A stretch of 64,000 bases of DNA. It comes from an uncultured bacterium (GTDB taxonomy: Bacteria; Desulfobacterota; Deferrimicrobia; Deferrimicrobiales; Deferrimicrobiaceae). A program made the translations under genes and the position numbers. Location of the stretch: contig CAVXQW010000007.1 in NCBI GenBank assembly GCA_963764045.1, forward strand, positions 67,595 to 131,594, written 5' to 3'. How positions within the stretch are numbered: the stretch's first letter is position 1; every line of letters begins with the position of its first letter. The notes under the pieces are model-generated. The model was not told the DNA's origin, searched no databases, and saw nothing but the letters and a program-made list of their open reading frames with translations. Below are positions 39,201 through 48,314 of the stretch, piece after piece.

Positions 39201-40643
39201 ATGCGGCGGAGATGGGTCGGGAAGAAGGCCGCGGCCGTCGCGGTCGTCGGCCTGCTGGTCCTGCTTCACGGGATCCTGTCCCTCGTGCCTCCGGCCGTTT
39301 TCGCCGGCGATTCCTCCCCGGTGGAGATCCTGACGCTCGACGACGTGGTCCGGATCACTCTCGAGAACAACCGGGACATCCGCAAGGCCCTGGAGCTTCG
39401 CAATACCCTGGAAGGGAAGTACGTCGAGGAGCGGGCGGCGGCCCTGCCGCAGTTCGTCGGCACCGCCACGCGGATCGCGAAGCTGGGACACCACCCAGGA
39501 AGCGTTTCGGCATCCCCCCGGGGAACACCACGGTGGCCGCCCAGCTCGGGGTGACCCAGCCCCTGTACACGGGGGGGCAGGTGACCGCGGCGATCCGGGC
39601 GGCACGGGTCGGCCTGGCCACCGCGGACGACCGGCGGAAGATCTCCCGGCAGGCGGCGCTGAAGGAGGTCCACCACGACCTTCCATGACATCCTGCTGGC
39701 CCGCGAGCTGAACGCCATCGCGTTGGAGAACCGGGACCAGAAGGCGCGGTTCCTCGACGAGGCGCAAAAGAAAATACACCGCCGGTACGGCGACGGAGTA
39801 CGACGTCCTGGTGGCGAAGGTGGGCCTGGAGAACGCGAAGCCCGCGATCGTGCGCACGGAGAACCAGCTTCTTTCCCTCCGCGAGCGGCTCCGGTTCCTG
39901 CTGGGGCGGGACGGTCGGCCGGTCGACGTGCGCGGAGACCTCGCGACGGAAATCGCCCCCTACCCGGAATACGGGAAGGCCCTCGCGAGCGCCGTGGAAA
40001 ACCGCCCCGAGTTGTCCGACATCCGCAACCGGATCGGGATCACGAAAGAGCTGGTGACGATCGCGCAGGCGGGGACCATGCCGCGGCTGGAGGTCCAGGC
40101 GGACATCGGCTGGAGGGACAGCAGATCTCGGGGGATTCGACGCCAGCGGCAAGGTCTGGTCCGCGGGGCTGTTCGCCTCGTGGCCGCTGTTCGACGGACT
40201 GCGCACCCGGGGCCGGGTCGCCCAGGCAAGGAGCGACCAGAATACGCTGCGCATCGAGGAGGCCCAGCTCCTCGACAGCATCGCCCTGCAGGTCCGCGAC
40301 GCGACGAACGCCGTCCGGGATGCGGGGGAGGTCGTTCGGGCGATCACCGACACCGTCGGACAGGCGGAGCGGCTCCTGGCTCTCGCGGAGAAAGGGTACG
40401 AGTACGGGGTGAAGACAAAGCTGGAGGTGGACGACGCCAATTTCAACCTGTAACCAGGCACGGGTCAACCTCGCGCAGGCGCGGCGCGATTACCTGGTCG
40501 CCAACCTGAACCTCCGGTATGCGATGGGAACCCTGGGGGAGGAATGGACCGCGTCGTACGACACGGTCAAGTCGTTTACCCCCGCGACGTCCCCGATCGG
40601 GGTGGTGCGCGAAGTTCTGGAGGGGAAGCCGGCTCTGCCGTAG
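39201..40643 (+). pseudogene. TolC-like outer-membrane efflux factor, at least 6 frame disruptions as assembled
   Basis: The signal peptide MRRRWVGKKAAAVAVVGLL is in frame with the RND ORF. The remainder is pieced from ORFs 37601..39688 and 39811..40509 and from unlisted frames (QPLYTGGQV, ENAKPAIVRTENQLL, RDYLVANLNLRYAMG). The stop is at 40641..40643. Confidence 0.7.
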
Positions 40644-40709
40644 CCGGGAACGCCCGGATGTCAGCGGCACCCGTAGGGACTGAGACACCGGATTCGTGGC
40701 ACCGCACCA

Positions 40710-40992
40710 CTACGTTCGTTGGAGGGGTTTGCGTCGGCCTTGCTTCGCCGCTTCCGCGGCCTTGCGGGCTTCTTCCTCCCGGTGAATCGCCAGATTGCGC
40801 AGGTCGAGCTGGTGCCCGAAGAAGCAGATGCCCGCGATGGAAGCGACGATGAGGACGGCGATCGCTATCGTGGCCGGCAGGAGAAGGCGGATCGCGGACG
40901 GTGGCGAACCCGCCGTCCGTGTACTTGAGGAGACCGTAGACGGAAAATCCGACGAAGACGGACATCGAGACGTTCAGGCCGATGGCGGCCAT
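40710..40992 (-). CDS. small 2-TM membrane protein, hypothetical; apparent frameshift
   Basis: MAAIGLNVSMSVFVGFSVYGLL (ORF 40576..41010) joins another frame that gives LLLPATIAIAVLIVASIAGICFFG...EEARKAAEAAKQ. Lies downstream of fliA. Confidence 0.35.
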
Positions 40993-41064
40993 CCTTTTCG
41001 AAACCTGCAATGCCGGACCTCTTTCTCGAAGCGGTCCGGCAATTTTACCACGATCGGGCGGCTC

Positions 41065-41838
41065 CTACCGGAAGTGACGGTTGATCTTCCCCTTCAGCCT
41101 CAAGACCGCCTGCGCGTGAAGCTGGCAGACGCGGGGCTCGCCCAGCCCGAAGATCCGGCTGATCTCGCGCAGGGTCAGATCCTCCTGGTAGTAGAACGCG
41201 ATCAGCTGACGCTCGCGCTCGGGGAGCATGTCGATCGCCTTCCCGAGGACGTCCTTCAGTTCCCGGGTGAGCTCCTCTTCCCGGCTTTCATCCATCGCCG
41301 CCTCGGCCAGAACGTGCCGCCACCCCGCGCCGGATTCCTCGTCCTCGTTCTGGAGCGCGTCGAGGGAGAACACCGTCATCCCCATGAATGTCGCCAGCTG
41401 TTTGCGGAGCTCGTCGACGGTCACCCCCAGGTTCTGCGCGACCTCCTCTTCCTCGGGGGCCCTTCCGAGGATGTTTTCGAGCCGGGTGTAGGTCTGCTGC
41501 AGCCGGGTCGAGTGCTGCCGCGCCGACCGCGGGAACCAGTCCATCTCGCGCAGGTAGTCGAGCATGGCTCCCCGGATCCGGAACTCGGCGTACGTCTTGA
41601 ACTTGATCCCGCGGGAGTCGTCGTACCGGTTCAGCGCGTCCAGCAGTCCCACGACGCCGGAGCTGACGAGATCGTCGGTCTCGATGTGGGGAGGGATGCG
41701 CAGCTTCAGGCGCGCGGCGTGAATGCGGATGCTCGGAAGGAACTCGTTGACGATCGCGTCCCGGTCGGGTTTGCGGGATTTCCGGGGGGATGCCTTTCGG
41801 GTCCTGTCCTTGGAAAGCGCTGCCTGTCCCTGCATCAT
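41065..41838 (-). CDS. fliA: flagellar/alternative sigma factor sigma-28 (FliA/WhiG family)
   Basis: Intact 257-aa ORF. Region 2 (FKTYAEFRIRGAMLDYLR) and the region 4.2 HTH (LTLREISRIFGLGEPRVCQLHAQAV) are present. Confidence 0.9.
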   Translation of the reverse strand: MMQGQAALSKDRTRKASPRKSRKPDRDAIVNEFLPSIRIHAARLKLRIPPHIETDDLVSSGVVGLLDALNRYDDSRGIKFKTYAEFRIRGAMLDYLREMDWFPRSARQHSTRLQQTYTRLENILGRAPEEEEVAQNLGVTVDELRKQLATFMGMTVFSLDALQNEDEESGAGWRHVLAEAAMDESREEELTRELKDVLGKAIDMLPERERQLIAFYYQEDLTLREISRIFGLGEPRVCQLHAQAVLRLKGKINRHFR

Positions 41839-41894
41839 GGCGTTTGCCCTCGTCTATTGGGGTCCGATAACGAATCGCGTCGCCCAAATAGGAG

Positions 41895-41910
41895 AGCAAA
41901 CGGCGTGCCA
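41895..41910 (-). promoter_or_regulatory. sigma-54 promoter upstream of fliA
   Basis: The minus strand reads TGGCAC-GCCGT-TTGCT, an exact fit to TGGCAC-N5-TTGCW. It lies ~57 nt upstream of the fliA ATG, with an AT-rich tract (41915..41960) further upstream. Confidence 0.7.
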
Positions 41911-42003
41911 TCCGGTTAAAACAGTATAAATAATTGATATGTATATGGTATTTATTTCGAGGAAAGGAAGGATACGCGGGCGGGGCGTCAATACTCCCCG
42001 CAA

Positions 42004-42023
42004 ACCGTCAATATTTTGACGGT
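42004..42023 (-). terminator. stem-loop at the stop codon of the hybrid kinase gene, followed by a second GC hairpin
   Basis: ACCGTCAA-tatt-TTGACGGT palindrome. The second hairpin, CGGGG-N10-CCCCG, lies at 41981..42000. There is no clean U-tract. Confidence 0.3.
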
Positions 42024-43342
42024 CTTGCGTCGAGAACGGATCGCACTTTTCGGGCCAGCGTCTCCCGTTCATACGGCTTCTGCAGGAAATCGTCGAATCC
42101 GTCCGGAACGGCGCAGGAGGGTGTTCCTCCGGCTTCGGAGGTCCCGGAGCAGAGGATCGTCCGGAGGGTCGGACGGATGGCGCGAAGCTGCGCGATGGTT
42201 TCGATGCCGTCCATCCCGGCCATGATCCGATCGACGATCACCAGGTCCACCTTTTCCGGCGCGTAGCGAAGGATCTCGATCCCCTCCTCGCCGGAGTCCG
42301 CGGGCAGGGTCGTGTATCCCAGCGATCGGAGCACGTCGCACAGGAGGTTCAGGGGGATCTCCTCGTCGTCGACGACGAGCACGGTCTCGGTTCCCCGCGG
42401 GATCTCCGTCTCGGCCTCGCGGTTCGTCGGCATCCCCCGATTCTTCCATGACCGGGAGGAGGATCTGGAACGTCGTGCCCACGCCGACGCTGCTCACGAG
42501 GCGCACGAACCCGCCGTGGGTGCGGACGCAGCTGTACACCATCGAGAGGCCGAGTCCCGTCCCCTCGCCCGGCGCCTTGGTCGTGAAGAAGGGTGCGAAG
42601 ACCTCGTCGCGAATCTCCTCCGGGATGCCGCTTCCCGTGTCGGCCACGCAGATGGAGACGTACCGCCCCTCGGGAACGAGGACGTCGTTCAGGTAAACCT
42701 CCCCGTCGGAAACGAAGGGGGAGGTGGAGAACGTCAGGTGCCCTCCGCCGGGCATCGCGTCGGCGGCGTTGACCCCCAGGTTCAGCAGCGCCTGCACGAG
42801 CGTCCCCGCGTCTCCCGTCACGGGTTCCTGCGGGTGATGGAAATCGGTGTGGATCTCGACGTTCTTGTTCACGGAGCGGGCAAGGATCTCGATCGCCTCC
42901 CCGGTCACCTTCCGGAGATCCACCGGACGGAACCTCGGGGTCTCCCGCCGGGAATAGGCGAGCAGCTGCCGGGTCAGCTCGGAGGCGCGGCGTGCGGACC
43001 GTTCGATGTAGGCGGCCGCCTCGTACCCCCGGCCGTTTTCGGGAAGGAACGTCTTGAGGAGGGAAGAGTAGCCGAGAATCCCGGTCAGGAGGTTGTTGAA
43101 GTCGTGGGCGATCCCGCCGGTCAGCCGCCCGATCGCCTCCATCTTCTGCGCCTGCGCGAGCTGCTCCTCGGCCTGGCGGAGGCGGGTCGAAAGCGCTTCG
43201 ATCCGATCGTCCCCTCCGTGGCTCCGTCGCGCTCCGCCGCGTCGAGGCACGCTTCCAGCCGGCGGAGGATCTCCTCCCGCTGTTCCGCGGAAAGGCCGAT
43301 CCCGTCAACGACATCCGCGATTCGGGATCGGAGCGAGGTCAA
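42008..43342 (-). CDS. hybrid histidine kinase/receiver without obvious sensor domain; two apparent frameshifts
   Basis: The TTG at 43342 overlaps the upstream stop. A coiled-coil N-terminus (ORF 43121..43606 frame) joins at the CCCC run 43211..43214 to the kinase core (GIAHDFNNLL, GTGLGLS; ORF 42069..43250). A second join near 42425 leads to the REC domain (ORF 42008..42433, VLVVDDEE, VDRIMAGMDG). Confidence 0.75.
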
Positions 43343-44736
43343 CTCACCGGACCGGGGGCATCGCCGGCATCGAGGCTCTTCCGCTTCAGCATCTCCACGA
43401 AGGTCGTCCGCTTCAGGCCCAGCAGGGTGGCCGCGCGGTTCTTGTTCCCGCCCGAAAGATGCAGCGCCTGGCGGATGAGGGCGTTCTCGAAGTCCTCGGT
43501 GGCGCTCTTGATGTCGAGGCCCGTATCCCCCAGCACGGGGATGGCGTTCTCGAGGAACCGCTCCGCCCGCCGGATCTTTTCCGGGATGTCCGACGGCTCG
43601 AGCCATCCGGAACCTTTGAGGACGACGATCCGCTCGACGAGGTTCTCCAGCTCCCGGACGTTCCCCGGCCAGGTGTAGCGCCGCAGGATCTCGAGGGATT
43701 CGGGCCGCACCCCTTCCAGCGCCCGCTTCTTCTCCCGGTTGTACTTCCCGACGAAGTGTTCGACCAGCAGGGGGATGTCGTCACGCCGGTCCCGGAGCGG
43801 AGGAATCCGGATGGGGATCACGTTCAGGCGGAAGTAGAGATCGGAGCGGAACCTCCCCTCGGAGATCTCCTCCTCGAGATCCTTGTTGGTCGCCGTGATG
43901 ACGCGCGCGTCCACCGGGATCGCCCGGTTTCCGCCGACGGGGGTGACCGACTTCTCCTGCAGCACCCGGAGCAGCTTCGACTGCAGCGGGGGACTCATCT
44001 CCGCGATCTCGTCGAGGAAGATCGTGCCGTTGTGGGCCGCCTCGAATTTTCCCGCCCGCGCGGCGTGGGCTCCCGTGAACGCGCCCTTCACGTGCCCGAA
44101 GAGCTCGCTCTCAAGCAGTTCGGCGGGGATGGCGGAGCAGTTGATGGGGACGAGCATGCGCTCGGAGCGCGGGGAAAGGTAGTGAAGGGCCCGCGCGATG
44201 AGCTCCTTCCCCGTCCCGCTCTCCCCGGTGATCAGGACCGTGGAGTCGGTGTCGGCCACCTTCCGGACGAGGGAGAGGACCTCCTTCGTCGCCTCGCTCA
44301 CGCCGATGAAGTTTTCCAGCCCCCCCCGCCCCCGGGCGAGGGAACGGAGACTCACGTTTTCCCTGCGCACGCTGGCGAGCTCGAGGGCCCGGTCCACGAG
44401 CTGGGCGACCTCGTCGATGTCGAACGGTTTGGTGATGTAGTGGAACGCGCCAAGCTTCATCGCACGAACGGCGGATTCGACCGATGCGTGCCCCGTCATG
44501 AGGATCACCTCGGCCCCGGGGCGGACCTTCCGGGCGTGGGCGAGCACCGAGAGCCCGTCCGTTCCCGGCATCTTGAGGTCGGTGAGGATCACGTCGACGG
44601 GGTGCTGATCGATGTGCTGAAGGGCTTCCTCCCCGGTGCGGGCCTCGTGGACCAGGAGGTCGGAGCGCCCGAACACGTTTCGAAGGAGGGCGAGCGTGAC
44701 TTCCTCGTCCTCGGCGATCAGGAGGGATTTTTTCAT
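43339..44736 (-). CDS. sigma-54-dependent response regulator (NtrC/FleR/FlrC family)
   Basis: ORF 43339..45087, starting at MKKSLLIAEDEE (44736). REC (DVILTDLKMPG), AAA+ (GESGTGKE, ESELFGHVKGAFTGA) and a C-terminal HTH (NKNRAATLLGLKRTTF) are present. Confidence 0.9.
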   Translation of the reverse strand: MKKSLLIAEDEEVTLALLRNVFGRSDLLVHEARTGEEALQHIDQHPVDVILTDLKMPGTDGLSVLAHARKVRPGAEVILMTGHASVESAVRAMKLGAFHYITKPFDIDEVAQLVDRALELASVRRENVSLRSLARGRGGLENFIGVSEATKEVLSLVRKVADTDSTVLITGESGTGKELIARALHYLSPRSERMLVPINCSAIPAELLESELFGHVKGAFTGAHAARAGKFEAAHNGTIFLDEIAEMSPPLQSKLLRVLQEKSVTPVGGNRAIPVDARVITATNKDLEEEISEGRFRSDLYFRLNVIPIRIPPLRDRRDDIPLLVEHFVGKYNREKKRALEGVRPESLEILRRYTWPGNVRELENLVERIVVLKGSGWLEPSDIPEKIRRAERFLENAIPVLGDTGLDIKSATEDFENALIRQALHLSGGNKNRAATLLGLKRTTFVEMLKRKSLDAGDAPGPVS

Positions 44737-44743
44737 CGGGTCC

Positions 44744-44772
44744 AGTGTACAGAATCGTCCCTCCCGGGTAAA
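44744..44772 (-). promoter_or_regulatory. candidate sigma-70 promoter placing the start site at or next to the ATG of the NtrC-like gene
   Basis: On the minus strand: TTTACC (44772..44767), 17 nt, TACACT (44749..44744), then 7 nt to the ATG at 44736. No Shine-Dalgarno sequence. The -35 element overlaps the flgM sigma-28 -35 on the other strand. Confidence 0.3.
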
Positions 44773-44796
44773 GTTTCCGATCCCGCCCGTCGATAA
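44769..44796 (+). promoter_or_regulatory. sigma-28 (FliA)-type promoter upstream of the flgM-like gene
   Basis: TAAAGTTT (44769..44776), 12-nt spacer, GTCGATAA (44789..44796). This differs from TAAAGTTT-N11-GCCGATAA by one mismatch and one extra spacer nucleotide. Confidence 0.55.
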
Positions 44797-44842
44797 GAAA
44801 CCTGTGCGGCCATCGTGCCGCCGGTGGCGGAACGGAGGGGCA

Positions 44843-45046
44843 TTGAAGGTTTCCGATCGGGGGAAGTGGGGCGCGCTGCTCGACGAGACGCGCCGGGCGG
44901 TCGACGTGCTGTCCGAGGGCCGTGCGCGACGGATCGAGGAGATCCGGTCGGCCCTCCGGGACGGAACGTTCCGGGTCGACGGGAAACAGGTCGCCGGGAA
45001 GATGGTCTCCGACGCCGTCCGGGAACTCCGCGAACGCCCCCACTGA
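44843..45046 (+). CDS. flgM: anti-sigma-28 factor FlgM-like protein (start uncertain)
   Basis: In the frame of ORF 44636..45046. The C-terminal RIEEIRSALRDGTFRVDGKQVAGKMV matches the FlgM signature region. A TTG at 44843 follows GGAGGGG; a GTG at 44804 is an alternative start. Confidence 0.55.
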   Translation: MKVSDRGKWGALLDETRRAVDVLSEGRARRIEEIRSALRDGTFRVDGKQVAGKMVSDAVRELRERPH

Positions 45047-45107
45047 TCCGTCGCCGTCCCTCCCGATTTCCATTGCCTGCCACACATCGTTGTCGTATCG
45101 TTTTTCC

Positions 45108-45732
45108 ATGCGTTTGCGCATCGACGGCTGCGAAGTTTCCCTGGACCTGCCCGCGGGATCGACCTTCGGCGCCGTTCTCGAGGGGGCGGGGCGCAAGGTC
45201 GCCTCGCAGGGTCGGGTCGTCTCCCGGATCGTCACGGACGGGCGGGAGATCTCGACGCGGTTCGAGCGGGAGATGGCCGACCGGCCGGTCGGGGAGATCG
45301 ACACGGTGGAGATCACGACGACGACCCCCGACGTCCTGTTCCGGGAGGCGCTCGACGGCGCCGTCGACCTCTCCCTCGCCATCCGCCGCGACGCGGAGAC
45401 GATCCTGTCGTCCCTGCGCGCGGGGGACCTCGCGGCGGCGGGTCCCCGATACGCGGCCTGCATCGAGTCCCTCGGGACGTTCTTCCAGCTGGCCGGGGCG
45501 GTCTTCAACGCCATCGGGACCGGCGTGTTTCCGCTCGCCGTTCCGTCCGGGAGTCGCGGGGGAGCTTCCGACCCCTCCCTACGCGACGGCCGGCATCCTC
45601 CAACGGCTTCTCCGGGCGCAGAAGGCGAACGACTGGAACGCCGTGGCGGACATTCTGGAGCGGGAGATCCTGCCCAACATCGACGGGTGGTCCGTCTTTT
45701 TCAAGGCGCTCAAGGAGATCGGCGCGGAATAG
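45108..45732 (+). CDS. hypothetical protein downstream of flgM; apparent frameshift
   Basis: MRLRIDGCEVSLDLPAG... (ORF 44922..45764) joins near 45520..45560 to ...ILQRLLRAQKANDWNAVADILEREILPNIDGW...IGAE (ORF 44815..45732). No domain recognised. Confidence 0.45.
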
Positions 45733-45742
45733 GCGGGGAAGC

Positions 45743-45786
45743 GGGGCGCCCCACTCCCCTATGAAGCGCACTCCCTGGGGTACCCC
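45743..45786 (+). repeat. X-module repeat, stand-alone copy D
   Basis: GGGGCGCCCCACTCCCCTATGAAGCGCACTCCCTGGGGTACCCC aligns with 34075..34118. It is bounded by two self-complementary 10-mers and lies 11 nt after a stop codon. Confidence 0.65.
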
Positions 45787-45820
45787 GGTGTCGGGATGAT
45801 GGGCAGGAGGCTGATGGGAA

Positions 45821-46202
45821 ATGCGGGATGGAAGGGGGCAAGACGATTTCAGTCGGGCGCTCCGGAAGGCGCTCTCGGAGCTTCCTCCGATGTTCCACGA
45901 CGCGCTGGCGAACGTCGCCGTGGTCGTGGAGGAGTGGCCGCCGGACGACCTGCTGGACGGAACTGGGTATCCCTCCGGACGACACGTTGTACGGCTTCTA
46001 CCACGGCGTGCCGCTCCCCGAGCGGTCGGTCCAGGATTCCGGCCTCCTTCCCGACAAGATCTCCGTCTACCGGGGGCCGCTCGTGGAGGATTTCCCGGAC
46101 CGGAACGAGTTGGGCCGGCAGATCCGGATCACGCTGCTTCACGAGATCGGCCACTACTTCGGGATGGACGAGGAGGAGCTCTCCCGCCTCGGGTACGAAT
46201 GA
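45821..46202 (+). CDS. small zincin-like metallopeptidase family protein (DUF1025-like); apparent frameshift
   Basis: The N-terminus is in ORF 45821..46222 (LPPMFHDALANVAVVVEEWP). The C-terminus is in ORF 45828..46202 (LYGFYHGVPL, LLHEIGHYFGMDEEEL). The join is near 45957. Confidence 0.7.
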
Positions 46203-46272
46203 GGCTCCAGCCCGGAGTGTAGCGCGCTCGAATGTCGGGATCGAATCGGGACGCCGCACCAGGAGGTCCGGA

Positions 46273-47248
46273 ATGCTCCTTCTTCGACGAGAGTACCGCG
46301 ACGGCGCCGAACCGCCGGAGATCGTTCTGCTGCACGCCGAGGTGACGCGGCACGGAGGTCCCGCCGGACCGACGCGACGGTTCACCCGGGCGGTCGTTCC
46401 TTCGGAGACGCCCGGGCGGCGGGTGGCGCATCTTCCGCTCCCCGAGCCGGCGGAAGGGGAGCGGATCCTCGTGCGATACCGGTACTCCACCGTTCGCGGC
46501 GGGGAAGAACGGTTCTCCCCGTGGTACGAGGTCGACGTTCCCTCGGACGATGCGATCGCGGATCTCTACCACATCCCCGAGGAGGGGACGCCGAATCTCC
46601 CGCCCGCTCCGGGACGCGGACATTTCCGCCTGGTCCTGCCGCTTGGGGGAGGGGGAGCGCGCATCCGGGCCCTTCCGGTTCGGCTTCGGCGCGATGCGGA
46701 AAAAGCCGTCCCCGTCGCTCTGCCGCGCCGCCATCGACGCGGGATACGGTCCGGCGCCGGTCATCGAGGCCCCGGAGGCCCTCTCCGTCCTCAAGAACCG
46801 GCCGATGCCGTACTTCCTGTACCACCTCTCCGCGGACGGGAAACTGCGCGCCGACAAGATCGCGTGCGCCCGCATCACCTTCGCCGATCCCGACGGGATC
46901 GTCGTCTCCGCCCGGATGGTCTGGGGCGATTCCGCATGGCGGGCCACGAACATCTCCCTCATGGAGGCCAAGGGGTGTGGCCCCGGCCCAGGAGATGCCG
47001 CCCCGGTCATGGGTGGGCCGGTGCCGCGGACGAGTTTTTCGCGGAGGACCGGGCGGCGTTTCTCGCGGCGAGGGAGGCCGCCCTTTCCCTCCTGCCGCTT
47101 CCGCGCGTCTTCGAGGCGTTCGTGTTCGGCCCTTCGGGGAGCGCGGTGGAGTACTGCTTCCAGACCGTCGAGCGGCGGCCGGACGGCGAGCTTCGAGGTG
47201 CGGTGGCGGAACCGGGAAAGCGGCGGGAACTGGGTCGTGACCCTTTAG
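46273..47248 (+). CDS. hypothetical protein, about three apparent frameshifts
   Basis: AGGAGG lies 6 nt before the ATG at 46273. The gene is pieced from ORFs 45796..47403 and 46550..47248. No domain recognised. Confidence 0.35.
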
Positions 47249-47267
47249 AGGCGGCGGCCGCCGGTCC

Positions 47268-48314
47268 CTACCGGATCGCCTTCAGCGCGTCGAGGAGCGC
47301 CCCGACCTCGTCGTCCGTCCCGACGGTGATGCGGAGGCACTCCGCGAGCCGCGGGGTGTCGAAGTACCGCACGAGGATCTTCCGGCGCTTGAGCGCCTCG
47401 TAGACCGGCCGGGCCGATCCTCCACGCGTGCGCCGGGCGAGGATGAAATTGCTCTGCGACGGGAACGGCGTGAATCCCGCGCCGGGAAGGCCCGCCGCCA
47501 GGGTCTCGCGGGTTTTCCGGATCCTCGCCCCGTTCCGTTCCATCCACGCGGTGTCCGAGAGCGCTGCGACCCCCGCCGCGATCGACAGGCGGTTCATGTT
47601 GTACGAGTCGCGCACCTTGTCCAGCCCTTCGATGATCCGCGGGTGGGCGAACCCGAGCCCGATCCGCATCCCCGCAAGGGAGAACGACTTGGAGAGCGTC
47701 CGCAGGACGATCACGTTCCGCCGTTCCCGCGCGAGCGCGAGGGCCGTTTCGTCCGCGAAGTCGGCGTACGCCTCGTCGATGACCAGCAGGCCGGGGACGG
47801 CATCGGCGAGCTCCGCGAGGGCGCGGACCGGCACGGCGGTACCCGACGGCGAATTCGGGTTCGCGACGATCGTCACGCGCGCCTTTTTCCCGGCAAGTCC
47901 TCGGGGGAGGGAGTAGTCGTCCGGGTACGGGATCCCCGCGAGCTTTCCCCCCTGGATGCGGACGAGGGTGTCGTAGAGCGTGTAGGTGGGCACGGGGCAC
48001 GCGAGGAGATCCCCCTCGCCCACGAATGCCCTCGCGATCATCGCCAGCAGGTCGTCCGATCCGTTCCCCGCGATCACACCGGGCAGGTCGAAGCCGTACG
48101 TCAGCGCGGCCTGGCGTCGCAGCGCGGTGGATCCGGGGTCGGGATAGAGGCGCAGCGGCTCCCCGAGTTCCCGGAGGATCGCCTTGCGCACCTTCGGGGA
48201 AGGGGGGTACGGGTTCTCGTTGGTGTTCAGCTTGATGAAGTCGCGCTCCCGGGGCTGCTCGCCGGGGACGTACCCCTCCATGCGGGAGACATTTCGCCGG
48301 AAGACGACCGTCAT
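47268..48314 (-). CDS. hisC: histidinol-phosphate aminotransferase
   Basis: C-terminal 348 aa of ORF 47268..49073, starting at MTVVFRRNV. NTNENPYPPSP and the PLP lysine motif LSKSFSLAGMRIG are present. Confidence 0.9.
   Translation of the reverse strand: MTVVFRRNVSRMEGYVPGEQPRERDFIKLNTNENPYPPSPKVRKAILRELGEPLRLYPDPGSTALRRQAALTYGFDLPGVIAGNGSDDLLAMIARAFVGEGDLLACPVPTYTLYDTLVRIQGGKLAGIPYPDDYSLPRGLAGKKARVTIVANPNSPSGTAVPVRALAELADAVPGLLVIDEAYADFADETALALARERRNVIVLRTLSKSFSLAGMRIGLGFAHPRIIEGLDKVRDSYNMNRLSIAAGVAALSDTAWMERNGARIRKTRETLAAGLPGAGFTPFPSQSNFILARRTRGGSARPVYEALKRRKILVRYFDTPRLAECLRITVGTDDEVGALLDALKAIR

Noticed and set aside
34692-39857. 1721-aa ORF on the minus strand
   Set aside because: It is entirely antisense to the TetR-MFP-RND-OMF operon. 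Its composition is Arg/Pro/Gly/His-rich and low-complexity. This is the typical stop-codon-poor antisense frame of GC-rich coding DNA.
41855-41870. TCCGATAA as a sigma-28 -10 element on the plus strand near fliA
   Set aside because: There is no TAAA-type -35 element at the required distance. No plus-strand gene lies downstream.
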